From an uncultured Coriobacteriaceae bacterium (GTDB lineage Bacteria; Actinomycetota; Coriobacteriia; Coriobacteriales; Atopobiaceae): 48,654 nt of DNA. Within the stretch, counting starts at the first letter, position 1, and every line of letters begins with the position of its first letter. A program made the translations under genes and the position numbers. The stretch covers positions 1 to 48,654 of the forward strand of contig CACXZL010000002.1 of NCBI GenBank assembly GCA_902772085.1, in the 5' to 3' direction. Below are positions 25,291-34,522 of the stretch, one piece after another. The notes below the pieces were generated by a model. It was given only the letters and a program-made list of their open reading frames with translations. It made no database searches and was not told the DNA's origin.

Positions 25291-25605
25291 CTAGTAATTC
25301 CCCGACACTTCCGAAGTCTCTCCCTTGTACGTTTTTACCGAAGTGCTCTCTGGCAAACTTTCTCTTATGTGCAGTCGCAGAAGAACGTTTCGGCTTTCGT
25401 CGTAGACCTCTTCGGGATTGATTTCAAGTGCCTTGGAATAGTCAAAGAGCTCGATGAACTTGAGGCTTCGCTCTCCCTGCTCCAGTTTGCTTACAAAGGA
25501 TTGCGCCACATGACAGCGCGTGGCAAGCTCTTCTTGTGTGAGCCCGGCGTGCATGCGCATGTCTTTGAGATACCTTCCTATGAGCACGTTCGTCTTTGTA
25601 TCCAT
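25291..25605 (-). CDS. XRE-family HTH transcriptional regulator (104 aa)
   Basis: LTQEELATRCHVAQSFVSKLEQGERS is an HTH_3 motif. The gene lies in a lower-GC patch. Confidence 0.75.
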   Translation of the reverse strand: MDTKTNVLIGRYLKDMRMHAGLTQEELATRCHVAQSFVSKLEQGERSLKFIELFDYSKALEINPEEVYDESRNVLLRLHIRESLPESTSVKTYKGETSEVSGNY

Positions 25606-25690
25606 GGGAGAAACTATACCAAATTGTCGATGACACCCAGAAACCTACTACTTAGCAGTTGAATATATGATGAACAACCGACAATTGGGG

Positions 25691-25732
25691 ACAACAAAAG
25701 CCCAGCGCAGAGGGTGTTTGCTGCGCTGGGCT
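25691..25732 (-). terminator. Rho-independent terminator downstream of the alcohol dehydrogenase gene
   Basis: Minus strand reads AGCCCAGCGCAGCAAACACCCTCTGCGCTGGGCTTTTGTTG. Confidence 0.8.
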
Positions 25733-25775
25733 GCTTGCTTGGTATTTGAGTCGTGTAGAGTGAGGTCTCGTCTCG

Positions 25776-26990
25776 CTAAAACTCAACGGGCTTGTCGAAG
25801 TATACGCATTCGAGCAGCTTTTCCATCTCCTCGGGCGTCGGCTGGCGCGGGTTGGAGCCGGTGCAGGCGTCTGCAAGGGCGTTGACGGCGACCTGAGGAG
25901 CCTTCTCGAAGAACTCCTTCTCGTCGATGATGGAGGTGTCGGCCTTCGTGCCGCCCTGGCCATAGTTCTTGATGCCCTGCGGGATGTCGATCTTGTCATT
26001 GAGGTCGCGGATCATCTGTACGAGAGCCTCTACGAGCTCCTCGTCAGAGGCGCCTTCGAGGTGGAATACCTCACGCGCGATGTAGGCGTAGCGGCTGCGG
26101 GCACGCTCGTCCTTGGCGTTGAACTGGATGACCTTGCCCAGATACATGGCGTTGGCGCAACCATGGATGATGTGGCCGCCGCTGAAGGCCGCGCCGGTCT
26201 TGTGGGCCATCGAGTGCACGATGCCGAGAAGGCCACTCGAGAAGGCGATGCCAGCGATGCACTGCGCGTCATGCATGTGCTGACGAGCCTCCTTGTCGCC
26301 GGTATAGGACTTTGGCAGCCACTCCACTATCTCGCGCATCGCATAGAGTGCGTTTGCGTCGGTATAGGCGCTGGCGGCCGTAGACACATACGCCTCGATG
26401 GCGTGGGTCAGGGCATCCATGCCGGTGTGGGCGCATAGCTTGGCGGGCATGGTGTAGGTAATCTCAGGGTCTACGATGGCGACGTCGGGCGTGATCTCAA
26501 AGTCGGCAATGGGGTACTTGATGCCCTCCTGATAGTTGGTGATGATGGAGAAGGCCGTAACCTCAGTGGCGGTGCCGCTCGTGGAGCTGATGGCGCAGAA
26601 CTTCGCCTTCGTGCGCAGCTTGGGCAGTCCAAAGACGACGCACATGTCCTCGAAGGTGGTCTCGGGATACTCGTATTTGATCCACATGGCCTTCGCCGCG
26701 TCGATCGGCGACCCGCCTCCGATGGCAACGATCCAGTCGGGTTGGAAGGCCGTCATGGCTTCTGCGCCGCGCATGACCGTCTCCACGCTTGGGTCGGACT
26801 CGACGCCCTCGAAGAGCTCTACTTCCATGCCCGCAGACATGAGGTCTTCCTCAAGCTCGGCGAGGAAGCCTCCGCGTCGCATGCTCGAGCCGCCCGACAC
26901 GATCATGGCGCGCTTGCCTTCAAAGTTGCGTACCTCGTGACGCGCGCCCTCGCCGAAATACAAGTCGCGCGGGTTTGTGAATCGTCCCAT
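25776..26990 (-). CDS. Iron-containing (group III) alcohol dehydrogenase
   Basis: ORF 25776..27002. ATG 26990 has a GGGGA Shine-Dalgarno. Contains AIGGGSPIDAAKAMW, a His cluster (GIVHSMAHKTG) and a GGS nucleotide-binding motif. Confidence 0.85.
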   Translation of the reverse strand: MGRFTNPRDLYFGEGARHEVRNFEGKRAMIVSGGSSMRRGGFLAELEEDLMSAGMEVELFEGVESDPSVETVMRGAEAMTAFQPDWIVAIGGGSPIDAAKAMWIKYEYPETTFEDMCVVFGLPKLRTKAKFCAISSTSGTATEVTAFSIITNYQEGIKYPIADFEITPDVAIVDPEITYTMPAKLCAHTGMDALTHAIEAYVSTAASAYTDANALYAMREIVEWLPKSYTGDKEARQHMHDAQCIAGIAFSSGLLGIVHSMAHKTGAAFSGGHIIHGCANAMYLGKVIQFNAKDERARSRYAYIAREVFHLEGASDEELVEALVQMIRDLNDKIDIPQGIKNYGQGGTKADTSIIDEKEFFEKAPQVAVNALADACTGSNPRQPTPEEMEKLLECVYFDKPVEF

Positions 26991-27559
26991 ACGTTCCCCC
27001 ATTCTTTTGTTTTAATACGGACTTCGGTGGAGTATGACAGTCTCGAAACCAACGCGCAAATATGAAACTAAAGCTGCACCGCTTCCATACAATCCTTCGG
27101 CTCGGCTGTAGTCGCGTGTGTCAAAAAACCCTTCATGCATACCGTTCGCCGATAAATATGGCCCGCGATTGGTAGGGATTCCATCTCAAATATTGTTTTT
27201 CAGACGTTGCATCGCTCGATAACTTTGTGATGAACGGCGTTTCGATGACAATGACTGAAAGTGGCCGTGTGGAATCGTTCACATGCTTCCTGACGCTGGG
27301 GTTTTATTATTTTCATTTCCAAAAGAGGTCGCAGATCCGACCTTTCGTCGAATGAACGAACCAACACATTTAAATCATAAAAGAGACCATACGCATGCAA
27401 TGCCTGCAACCCGGCTGGCAAGACAAGGAAAATTTGACACTTTCAAAAAAGTTTAGAGGCGCTACAATGGGCTAATGTGTAGGGCTTGTGGAGGCCCATG
27501 GGACGGAAGTCGTGAACCCGTCCTTATAGGTACACGGATTTTTGTAAAGGAGGGAACGT

Positions 27560-28567
27560 ATGGTAAGTATCGTCCTTGCTAGCCATGGGGCGTTTGCCGA
27601 GGGCATCAAGCAGTCCGGCCAAATGATTTTTGGTCCGCAGGAGGCTGTAGAGGCTGTCGTGCTCACACCCGATATGGGACCTGAGGACTTGCGTGCCAAG
27701 ATTCTAGACGCCGTCGCGACGTTTGAGAATCAAGAGGAAGTACTCTTCCTCGTAGACCTGTGGGGCGGAACCCCGTTCAACCAGATCAGTCTGCTCCTCG
27801 AGGAGCCTGGTCACGAGAAGTGGGTAGCGGTCACTGGCCTGAACCTGCCCATGGTACTTGCGGCCTATGGCGAGAGGTTCGGAGACGGATCCGCAGCCGA
27901 TATTGCGAAGGCGATATATCCCGAAGCCCAAGCTGGCGTAAGGATTAAACCCGAGAGCATCCAGCCCGCAAGCGCTGCTGCTCCTGCCGCTGCCGCTCCT
28001 GCGGCAAACGTGCCGACTGGTGCGATTCCGCCCGGAACGGTTCTCGGCGACGGCCACATCAAGATCGCGTTCTGCCGCATCGACACGCGTCTTCTGCATG
28101 GTCAGGTGGCGACTACCGTCACCAAGATGGTCAACCCCGACCGCATCATCGTGTGCTCCGACAACGTTGCGCAGGACGACCTTCGCAAGTCCATGATCGT
28201 TCAGGCGGCCCCTCCTGGAGTAAAGGTGCACGTCGTGCCCATCTCCAAGATCATCGAGGTTTCCAAAGACGTTCGCTTCGGCGACACCAAGGCCATGCTC
28301 TTGTTTGAGACGCCACAGGATTTGCTCCGTGCGCTCGAGGGTGGCGTAGACATCAAGGAAGTCAACCTCGGCTCCATGGCTCACTCGCAGGGCAAGGTCG
28401 TTGTGACCAACGCCGTTGCAATGGATCAGGCAGACGTCGACTGCATCGAGAAGATCGCCTCCATGGGCGTGAAGTTCGACGTTCGCAAGGTTCCGGCTGA
28501 CAAGCCCGAGCCGTTTGACGCCGTGATGGCAAAGGCCAAGTCTGAGCTTGCGGCTCAAGGTAAATAA
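27560..28567 (+). CDS. manX: PTS mannose-family EIIAB
   Basis: MVSIVLASHGAFAEG (IIA His), an Ala/Pro linker, then IKIAFCRIDTRLLHGQV (IIB His). Confidence 0.9.
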   Translation: MVSIVLASHGAFAEGIKQSGQMIFGPQEAVEAVVLTPDMGPEDLRAKILDAVATFENQEEVLFLVDLWGGTPFNQISLLLEEPGHEKWVAVTGLNLPMVLAAYGERFGDGSAADIAKAIYPEAQAGVRIKPESIQPASAAAPAAAAPAANVPTGAIPPGTVLGDGHIKIAFCRIDTRLLHGQVATTVTKMVNPDRIIVCSDNVAQDDLRKSMIVQAAPPGVKVHVVPISKIIEVSKDVRFGDTKAMLLFETPQDLLRALEGGVDIKEVNLGSMAHSQGKVVVTNAVAMDQADVDCIEKIASMGVKFDVRKVPADKPEPFDAVMAKAKSELAAQGK

Positions 28568-28583
28568 AAGGAGGGAATAGCAA

Positions 28584-29399
28584 ATGGGAGGAATCTCAAT
28601 CGTTCTGGTCGTCCTGGTGGCCTTTCTTGCTGGTATGGAAGGTATCTTGGACGAGTTTCAGTTCCATCAGCCGCTGGTAGCGTGCACGCTCATCGGTCTC
28701 GTGACGGGTCACCCCACTGAGGGCATCATCCTCGGCGGCTCCCTGCAGATGATCGCCCTTGGTTGGGCAAACGTAGGTGCCGCCGTGGCACCTGACGCGG
28801 CACTCGCGTCCGTGGCTTCGGCCATCATCATGGTCAAGGGTCTCGGTGACGGCACCGCAGACGTCACGACCGCCATCAGCACCTCCATCGCTCTCGCCGT
28901 GCCTCTTTCGGTGGCAGGCCTCTTCCTCACCATGCTTTGCCGTACCATCGCCATCCCCATGGTGCACTTCATGGACTCTGCTGCCGAGCAGGGCAACTTC
29001 CGTGGCGTAGAGCTCTGGCAGCTTCTGGCCATCGCCCTGCAGGGCGTCCGCATCGCCATCCCCGCCGCCATGCTGTGCATGATTCCTGCCGAGGCGGTTA
29101 CCATGATGCTCAACTCCATGCCTGACTGGCTGGCCGGCGGCATGGCAGTCGGCGGCGGCATGGTGGCTGCAGTCGGTTACGCAATGGTCATCAACATGAT
29201 GGCAACCGCAGAGGTCTGGCCGTTCTTCGTGCTCGGCTTCGTGCTCGCCTGCATCGGCGACCTCACGCTCATCGGCCTCGGCGCCATCGGTATCGCTCTC
29301 GCTCTTATCTACACTGGTCTCAAGGACCTCGCCAAGCAGGGCGGTGGCTCTGGCGGCGGATCGGGCGATCCGCTTGGCGACATCCTCAACGATTACTAA
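28584..29399 (+). CDS. manY: PTS mannose-family EIIC
   Basis: 271-aa polytopic protein in the canonical position with a typical ManY N-terminus. AAGGAGGGAA Shine-Dalgarno. Confidence 0.9.
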   Translation: MGGISIVLVVLVAFLAGMEGILDEFQFHQPLVACTLIGLVTGHPTEGIILGGSLQMIALGWANVGAAVAPDAALASVASAIIMVKGLGDGTADVTTAISTSIALAVPLSVAGLFLTMLCRTIAIPMVHFMDSAAEQGNFRGVELWQLLAIALQGVRIAIPAAMLCMIPAEAVTMMLNSMPDWLAGGMAVGGGMVAAVGYAMVINMMATAEVWPFFVLGFVLACIGDLTLIGLGAIGIALALIYTGLKDLAKQGGGSGGGSGDPLGDILNDY

Positions 29400-29421
29400 G
29401 CCGAAAGGAGTGTGAAATAAA

Positions 29422-30339
29422 ATGGCAGAAGAGATCAAGCTTACTCAACAAGATCGTATGGCGGTATGCTGGCGCCATCAGTTCCTCCAGGGTTCTTGGA
29501 ACTACGAGCGTATGCAGAACGGTGGTTGGTGCTATGCCATGATTCCCGCCATCAAGAGGCTCTACTCCACCAAGGAGGAGCAGGCTGCGGCACTGAAGCG
29601 TCACCTCGAGTTCTACAACACGCACCCGTACGTGTCCGCTCCCATCATCGGCGTCACCCTGGCCCTCGAGGAGGAGCGTGCCAATGGCGCTCCCGTTGAG
29701 GACACCGCGATCCAGGGCGTGAAGGTCGGTATGATGGGCCCGCTCGCCGGCGTGGGCGACCCCGTCTTCTGGTTCACCGTGCGCCCCATTCTTGGCGCTC
29801 TCGGTGCTTCCATGGCCATGGGCGGCTCCATCGTTGGCCCGCTTCTGTTCTTCGTCCTGTGGAACCTCATCCGCATGGCCTTCCTCTGGTATACGCAGGA
29901 GTTTGGCTACAAGGTCGGTTCCGAGATCGCCAAGGACCTCTCTGGCGGCCTGCTCGGCAAGGTCACCGAGATGGCTTCCATCCTCGGTATGTTCATCATT
30001 GGCGCACTGGTACAGCGCTGGGTATCCATCGGCTTTACCCCGGTCGTCTCCACCGTCCAGCAGTCTCAGGGTGCCTACATCGACTGGGAGTCCCTGCCCG
30101 CTGGCGTAGAGGGAATCAAAGCGGCTCTCGAGCAGTACGCGACGCTTGGCGCCGCTGGCCTGAGTGTCGATAAAGTCACCACGCTTCAGGACAACCTGAA
30201 CCAGCTCATCCCCGGCCTCGCTGCCGTGCTCCTTACGCTGCTCTGCTGCAGGCTCCTGAAGAAGAACATCTCCCCGATCGCCATCATCCTTGCGCTCTTC
30301 GCAGTGGGCATCGTGGGCCGCTTCTTCGGCTTCATGTAA
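29422..30339 (+). CDS. manZ: PTS mannose-family EIID
   Basis: 305 aa. ...FLQGSWNYERMQNGGWCYAMIPA...FYNTHPY... is characteristic of EIID. Confidence 0.9.
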   Translation: MAEEIKLTQQDRMAVCWRHQFLQGSWNYERMQNGGWCYAMIPAIKRLYSTKEEQAAALKRHLEFYNTHPYVSAPIIGVTLALEEERANGAPVEDTAIQGVKVGMMGPLAGVGDPVFWFTVRPILGALGASMAMGGSIVGPLLFFVLWNLIRMAFLWYTQEFGYKVGSEIAKDLSGGLLGKVTEMASILGMFIIGALVQRWVSIGFTPVVSTVQQSQGAYIDWESLPAGVEGIKAALEQYATLGAAGLSVDKVTTLQDNLNQLIPGLAAVLLTLLCCRLLKKNISPIAIILALFAVGIVGRFFGFM

Positions 30340-30445
30340 GATTTACGTGCGCATAAGCTAATGCCACAGGCCGCATCCGTCCTCACGTGGGAACATACGG
30401 ATGCGGCCACCTTTATGACCTTGCTTTAAGGAGGAGTGCAAACTC

Positions 30446-30835
30446 ATGGCACAGTCGATGAACAACTCGGTAGACCTCAGCATCAAGGCGACCTCGTTCC
30501 AAGGCATAGGAACCTACGGCGACGTGCTTGTGGGAAACAAAGCGTTTGAGTTTTACAACGAGCGTAATCCAGAGGATTACATACAGATACCTTGGGAAGA
30601 GATAGACTACATCTCAGCCGAGGTCATAGGAAAGAAGATCACGCGCTTCGCCATCTTCATCAAGCAGGGCGGACACTTCTCGTTTTCTACGCGAGACAAC
30701 AAAAAGACGCTGCGTGCCGTGAGAGAGTACGTGCCAGAGGATCGCCTGTTGCGCTCAAAGTCATTCTTCCAAGTCATAGTTGCTGGACTGAAGGGCGTCG
30801 GAAATCGTGTGGTGGGCCTGTTCAAGCGCAAATAG
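30446..30835 (+). CDS. DUF956-family protein commonly encoded after man-PTS operons
   Basis: 129 aa. NSVDLSIKATSFQGIGTYGDVLVGNKAFEFYNERNPEDYIQIPWEEI matches my recollection of DUF956/ManO-like proteins. Position is 3' of manZ. Confidence 0.7.
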   Translation: MAQSMNNSVDLSIKATSFQGIGTYGDVLVGNKAFEFYNERNPEDYIQIPWEEIDYISAEVIGKKITRFAIFIKQGGHFSFSTRDNKKTLRAVREYVPEDRLLRSKSFFQVIVAGLKGVGNRVVGLFKRK

Positions 30836-30998
30836 TTGCATGCACATCCGCCCGTGAAGGCATCGGCTCCACGGGCGCGACATGGATACGTCCTTAATCC
30901 CTATTGCATGGTTGTGAACGAAATGTGTATCGGCGGGAACACGCGTTCCCAATCATGTGCCTCGGGGTATATATGAATGAGAGAATAAGGAAAGGGAT

Positions 30999-31955
30999 GT
31001 GGTAAATGTGGTATTGACTCTTCTGATGCTTGTAGTGGGTTTTGTTCTGCTCACGAAGGGGGCAGATTTTTTTGTGGACGGTGCCGGTGGTCTGACGACG
31101 CGCCTTGGAGTGCCGTCGATCGTGATTGGTCTTACCATAGTATCGCTGGGCACGAGTGCGCCTGAGGCCGCTGTCACCATTACTTCGGCAGCTCAGGGGA
31201 TAGATCAGATGGCGATTGCCGGCGTGTTTGGAAGCAATATAGTAAACACGCTGGTTGTGCTCGGTGTGGTGGCACTGGTGCGAGAGGCGCCCATGCATAA
31301 GTCGACGTTGAGAATAGAGATTCCCTTTGTGGTGGGCATCACGGGTCTGCTGCTCATTCTCTGCGTACGTGATGGGGAGCTGGGACGTTTGGATGCCTGC
31401 GCACTTCTCCTGCTCCTCGTGGCGTATCTTGGCTATCTCGCATACATGATGCGGAGCGGTACCTATACCGTGGACGAATCCGAGGATGAGGACTCTCTGG
31501 ATGCCGCCCAGCCCATGCATCGCCTTATTCTGTATACCGTAGTTGGTGCGGTGGCCATATGCCTTGGCGCGCAGCTTACGGTGAACTCGGCAACGGATAT
31601 AGCGCTAGCCGTTGGTCTCTCCGATCGCGTCATCGGCCTCACGATCGTGGCGGTGGGCACATCGCTCCCCGAGCTCGTGACGTCGGTGGCCGCGGCTCGC
31701 AAAGGGCAAACCGACCTTGCCATAGGAAATATCGTGGGCAGCAGCATCTTCAACGTTCTCTTCGTGCTTGGAATTGCCGGCGTGATCATGCCGATGCCCT
31801 TCGACTCGAGCCTGCTCTTTGACGGTTTGGTTTCACTGGCGGCCATAGCTCTTCTTTGGGTCGTCTGTGCACCGCAAAAGAAGCTCGGGCGTCTTGGTGG
31901 CGTATCGTTATTGGTGTGCTACATAGTCTATGTGGTCGTAGTGCTCATGGGATAG
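30999..31955 (+). CDS. CaCA-family sodium/calcium antiporter (YrbG-like)
   Basis: Two alpha-repeats, GLTIVSLGTSAPE and GLTIVAVGTSLPE. The start codon is uncertain (GTG 30999 or 31008). Confidence 0.85.
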   Translation: MVNVVLTLLMLVVGFVLLTKGADFFVDGAGGLTTRLGVPSIVIGLTIVSLGTSAPEAAVTITSAAQGIDQMAIAGVFGSNIVNTLVVLGVVALVREAPMHKSTLRIEIPFVVGITGLLLILCVRDGELGRLDACALLLLLVAYLGYLAYMMRSGTYTVDESEDEDSLDAAQPMHRLILYTVVGAVAICLGAQLTVNSATDIALAVGLSDRVIGLTIVAVGTSLPELVTSVAAARKGQTDLAIGNIVGSSIFNVLFVLGIAGVIMPMPFDSSLLFDGLVSLAAIALLWVVCAPQKKLGRLGGVSLLVCYIVYVVVVLMG

Positions 31956-31982
31956 ACTCGAGGATGAGATGGGCAATAAAGG

Positions 31983-32016
31983 AGGGGAGGGCTCGTAGGC
32001 TCTCCCCTTTCTTGTG
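31983..32016 (+). terminator. Rho-independent terminator after the antiporter gene
   Basis: AGGGGAGGGCTCGTAGGCTCTCCCCTTTCTT; imperfect GC stem plus T-run. Confidence 0.6.
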
Positions 32017-32152
32017 TCGACCCTAAGTGCGCGTCATGCCCTTTCGATGCCATGGGCAAGCGCCGTGCACAAGTGCATCGCGTTTCTGCGGTCCTGCAAG
32101 CGGCTTTTCATGGCGCCATGCGGATTTGACGCTTGTGTGGGCACGGCGTTTT

Positions 32153-32332
32153 TCAGGCGGTTATCTCGGTCCAGGTGTGACCGCACTTGTTGCAATGCCA
32201 TACCTTTACGGTTCGTCCGAGGTTGTCCTTGTAGGACTCTTTGCACACTACGTCTTCGCTCCCGCATTGCGGGCAATCAGGCTCAAGCAACCACTCGTCG
32301 AGGTTGGTGCCGCTCATGAAATCGTTTGCCAT
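32153..32332 (-). CDS. Small zinc-ribbon protein (59 aa)
   Basis: ORF trimmed to ATG 32332 (GGGAGAGGA Shine-Dalgarno). MANDFMSG...CPQCGSEDVVC...WHCNKCGHTW has two CxxC pairs. It overlaps the upstream gene end by 19 nt. Confidence 0.55.
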   Translation of the reverse strand: MANDFMSGTNLDEWLLEPDCPQCGSEDVVCKESYKDNLGRTVKVWHCNKCGHTWTEITA

Positions 32333-33264
32333 GTATCCTCTCCCTTCCCTTCGTGCAGATACGGTACCGCTCCAGAAATAGTACCTAAATCGAGCGGTGT
32401 TTTCGCCGCGACCAGAGCATTGTTGCCAGGTTTTTTTGAAGTTTCCGGTCTCTCGGGGATTATCCAAACGTAGTTGAAGACGCGCGCGAACGCATCGGCC
32501 GCTTCCCACAGAGGCACAGAACCCTTTCCCTCAAGAGGTGTCCTGACGTTTCCTATGTAGATGCCATGGGCCTTAAGGCGACTGCGTATAAGCCTGACTC
32601 CGTCGAGCGTATGTACCTTTCCCAGGGGCTTGTTTCCCCTGAAGGCGTCGTTTACGATGAGGTCAAAGCACGTGTCGCCTGCGGAAAGACATGACCAAGC
32701 GTCACCAGTTATGAGGTCTAGCCGGTCATGCCGCTCAGTGCAGAAGGACTCTATGAGCCGATTCAGAAAAAAACGTTCTCGCGCAATCTGCACAATGGCG
32801 GGGTCGATTTCTATGGTCGTGCAGGTGAAGTCCTGTCGATAGGCCACCAGCCATTTTGGAAAGGAGTAGCCACCGCCTCCCATGACGAGCGCGCTATGCT
32901 CGGGCATCGACGCGTGACAATCGCTGCGGTTCTTTGGCCACGCAAGGTGCACGACGCGAGCCCACGACCTGTGGTACTCGCATACCGGATCCCACAGGAG
33001 ATCCTCGTCCACATAGCAGACGCTTTGAAAGGTGCCGCCTACGTTGAGCAGCCGTACGGTAGTGCCGTCTTCGTCTTCTGAGTCAAACACGAGCGCGGGA
33101 CCAAACTTGGTATGCCAGGTAAACCACACGCCGCGCCATGCCAATACGCGTGGAAGAAAAAGCCGTATGACAAGGCCTATCGCCGCACCAACGAGGCCAA
33201 GGAGAAAAAAGGATTGAAAGAACTGCTGCATCATACAAGCTGCTGACGTCGGCTCGGAACACAA
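32314..33264 (-). CDS. Spermidine-synthase-like SAM-dependent transferase with N-terminal TM helix
   Basis: ALVMGGGGYSFPKW...TIEIDPAIVQIARERF...ITGDAW...DLIVNDAF fits the spermidine synthase/methyltransferase fold. The start codon is uncertain. Confidence 0.7.
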   Translation of the reverse strand: MCSEPTSAACMMQQFFQSFFLLGLVGAAIGLVIRLFLPRVLAWRGVWFTWHTKFGPALVFDSEDEDGTTVRLLNVGGTFQSVCYVDEDLLWDPVCEYHRSWARVVHLAWPKNRSDCHASMPEHSALVMGGGGYSFPKWLVAYRQDFTCTTIEIDPAIVQIARERFFLNRLIESFCTERHDRLDLITGDAWSCLSAGDTCFDLIVNDAFRGNKPLGKVHTLDGVRLIRSRLKAHGIYIGNVRTPLEGKGSVPLWEAADAFARVFNYVWIIPERPETSKKPGNNALVAAKTPLDLGTISGAVPYLHEGKGEDTWQTIS

Positions 33265-33277
33265 CGAAACGGGATTC

Positions 33278-33399
33278 GTTGCCGTTCACGCCCCTAGCCC
33301 CTGCGCATGCCAGCAAGCGGCGACTCACGAAGTGAGCGAGCGAAGCGAGCGCGGAGCCGATTGCTGGCTGGCGCAGGGGCCAGGGGCGTGAACGGCAAC
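33278..33399. repeat. Long-stem hairpin repeat, family copy C (core inverted relative to copies A and B)
   Basis: GTTGCCGTTCACGCCCCTAGCCCCTGCGCATGCCAGCAAGC ... ATTGCTGGCTGGCGCAGGGGCCAGGGGCGTGAACGGCAAC. The core GGCGACTCACGAAGTGAGCGAGCGAAGCGAGCGCGGAGCCG is the reverse complement of the copy A core. Confidence 0.85.
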
Positions 33400-33524
33400 C
33401 AGAATTCCATCTCGGATTGTGTCTAAATTAGCATACTCTTGCGAAGAGTGCTTATGTTGGCGTAAAATGCACATTTCCTCAGCTATACTCATTCAAGGCA
33501 TTATCTTACATTCGGGAGGCTTCA

Positions 33525-33746
33525 ATGATATTTGGACTTGGCACGCCGGAAATTCTTATCATCGTTCTGGTCGTTCTTGTCATCTTCGGACCAAAGAATT
33601 TGCCCAAGCTCGGTTCTGCGCTCGGCAAGACGGTGAAGAACGTCCGCGAGGGCATGGAGGGCGAAGAAGACGACGCGGACAAAGCAGAGGATTCTGAAGC
33701 CAGTGCGGAGGCCAAGGAAGAATCGAAGGAAGAAAAGTCCGAGTAG
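33525..33746 (+). CDS. tatA: Twin-arginine translocase subunit TatA/E
   Basis: MIFGLGTPEILIIVLVVLVIFGPKNLPKLG followed by an acidic tail. Confidence 0.9.
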   Translation: MIFGLGTPEILIIVLVVLVIFGPKNLPKLGSALGKTVKNVREGMEGEEDDADKAEDSEASAEAKEESKEEKSE

Positions 33747-33792
33747 CCAGTTTTTGTGTGGATGTCAGGACGTATAGGCAGGTGGGAAGACC

Positions 33793-34290
33793 ATGGCGGA
33801 TACAAGACGAACCATTACCGCAGCAGGACGCAAGAAATACGAAGAGGAGCTCTTCACGCGTGAGCATGATACGCGGGATGAGATAAACGAGCGTCTTCAG
33901 GTTGCACGTGAGTTTGGCGACCTCTCGGAAAATGCCGAGTATGATGCCGCACGAGAAGAGCAGGCAGCCAACGAGGCTCGTATCAACGAGCTTAAGCAAA
34001 TCCTTGCTACGGCCGAGGTTGTGGATGTTTCAAACATAAACACCAGCGATCTTACCGCCGCGGTGGGAACCGAGGTCATGATCGAGAATGCCCAAGGCAA
34101 GCGCCTGACGTTTTCCCTGGTGGGTACCAACGAGACCAACTCGTTGCTAAACCAGATTTCAAACGAGTCTCCTGTGGGCGAGGCCCTTATTGGACATCGC
34201 ATGGGGGACGAGATTTCGTTCATGATGCCCTCTGGAAAGATGGCCAGTTATCGTATCGTGAGCATAAGGATTGCGGAGAGAGCCGAGTAG
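33793..34290 (+). CDS. greA: Transcription elongation factor GreA
   Basis: 165 aa with ...AREFGDLSENAEYDAAREEQA... and the C-terminal FKBP-like ...SPVGEALIGH... Confidence 0.9.
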   Translation: MADTRRTITAAGRKKYEEELFTREHDTRDEINERLQVAREFGDLSENAEYDAAREEQAANEARINELKQILATAEVVDVSNINTSDLTAAVGTEVMIENAQGKRLTFSLVGTNETNSLLNQISNESPVGEALIGHRMGDEISFMMPSGKMASYRIVSIRIAERAE

Positions 34291-34385
34291 GGCACGCAAT
34301 CTCAAGCGCGGCTTCATGGGATAGGCAAAGGGAAGCTTCCAGCTTGATCGTTTCAAAGAGATGGCTTGCTGAATCATACAGCGAT

Positions 34386-34432
34386 GGAGAGCGTCCCCTT
34401 TGCTCGTAAAATGGCAAAGGGGACGCTCCTTA
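34386..34432 (+). terminator. Hairpin terminator after greA
   Basis: GGAGAGCGTCCCCTTTGC-loop-GCAAAGGGGACGCTCC followed by TTATAT; the T-run is weak. Confidence 0.55.
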
Positions 34433-34522
34433 TATCGTGAGCCGTGACAACTGTCCGGCGGCTCGATACCCCTGAAATGCCCGCGTTGAGATGCGTCTTT
34501 CCTGAGAGTTCAAGGAGTAAGC

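Noticed and set aside
25192-25662. 156-aa plus-strand ORF overlapping the XRE regulator, as a possible toxin partner.
   Set aside because: It overlaps the XRE gene antisense along its whole length. It has no RBS or motif, and its composition is that of an antisense artefact.
27415-27470. Sigma-54 promoter upstream of manX, as in some man-PTS operons.
   Set aside because: TGGCAA is present at about 27416, but no TTGC -12 element follows at the required 5-nt spacing. There is also no EBP/LevR-type activator gene in the window.
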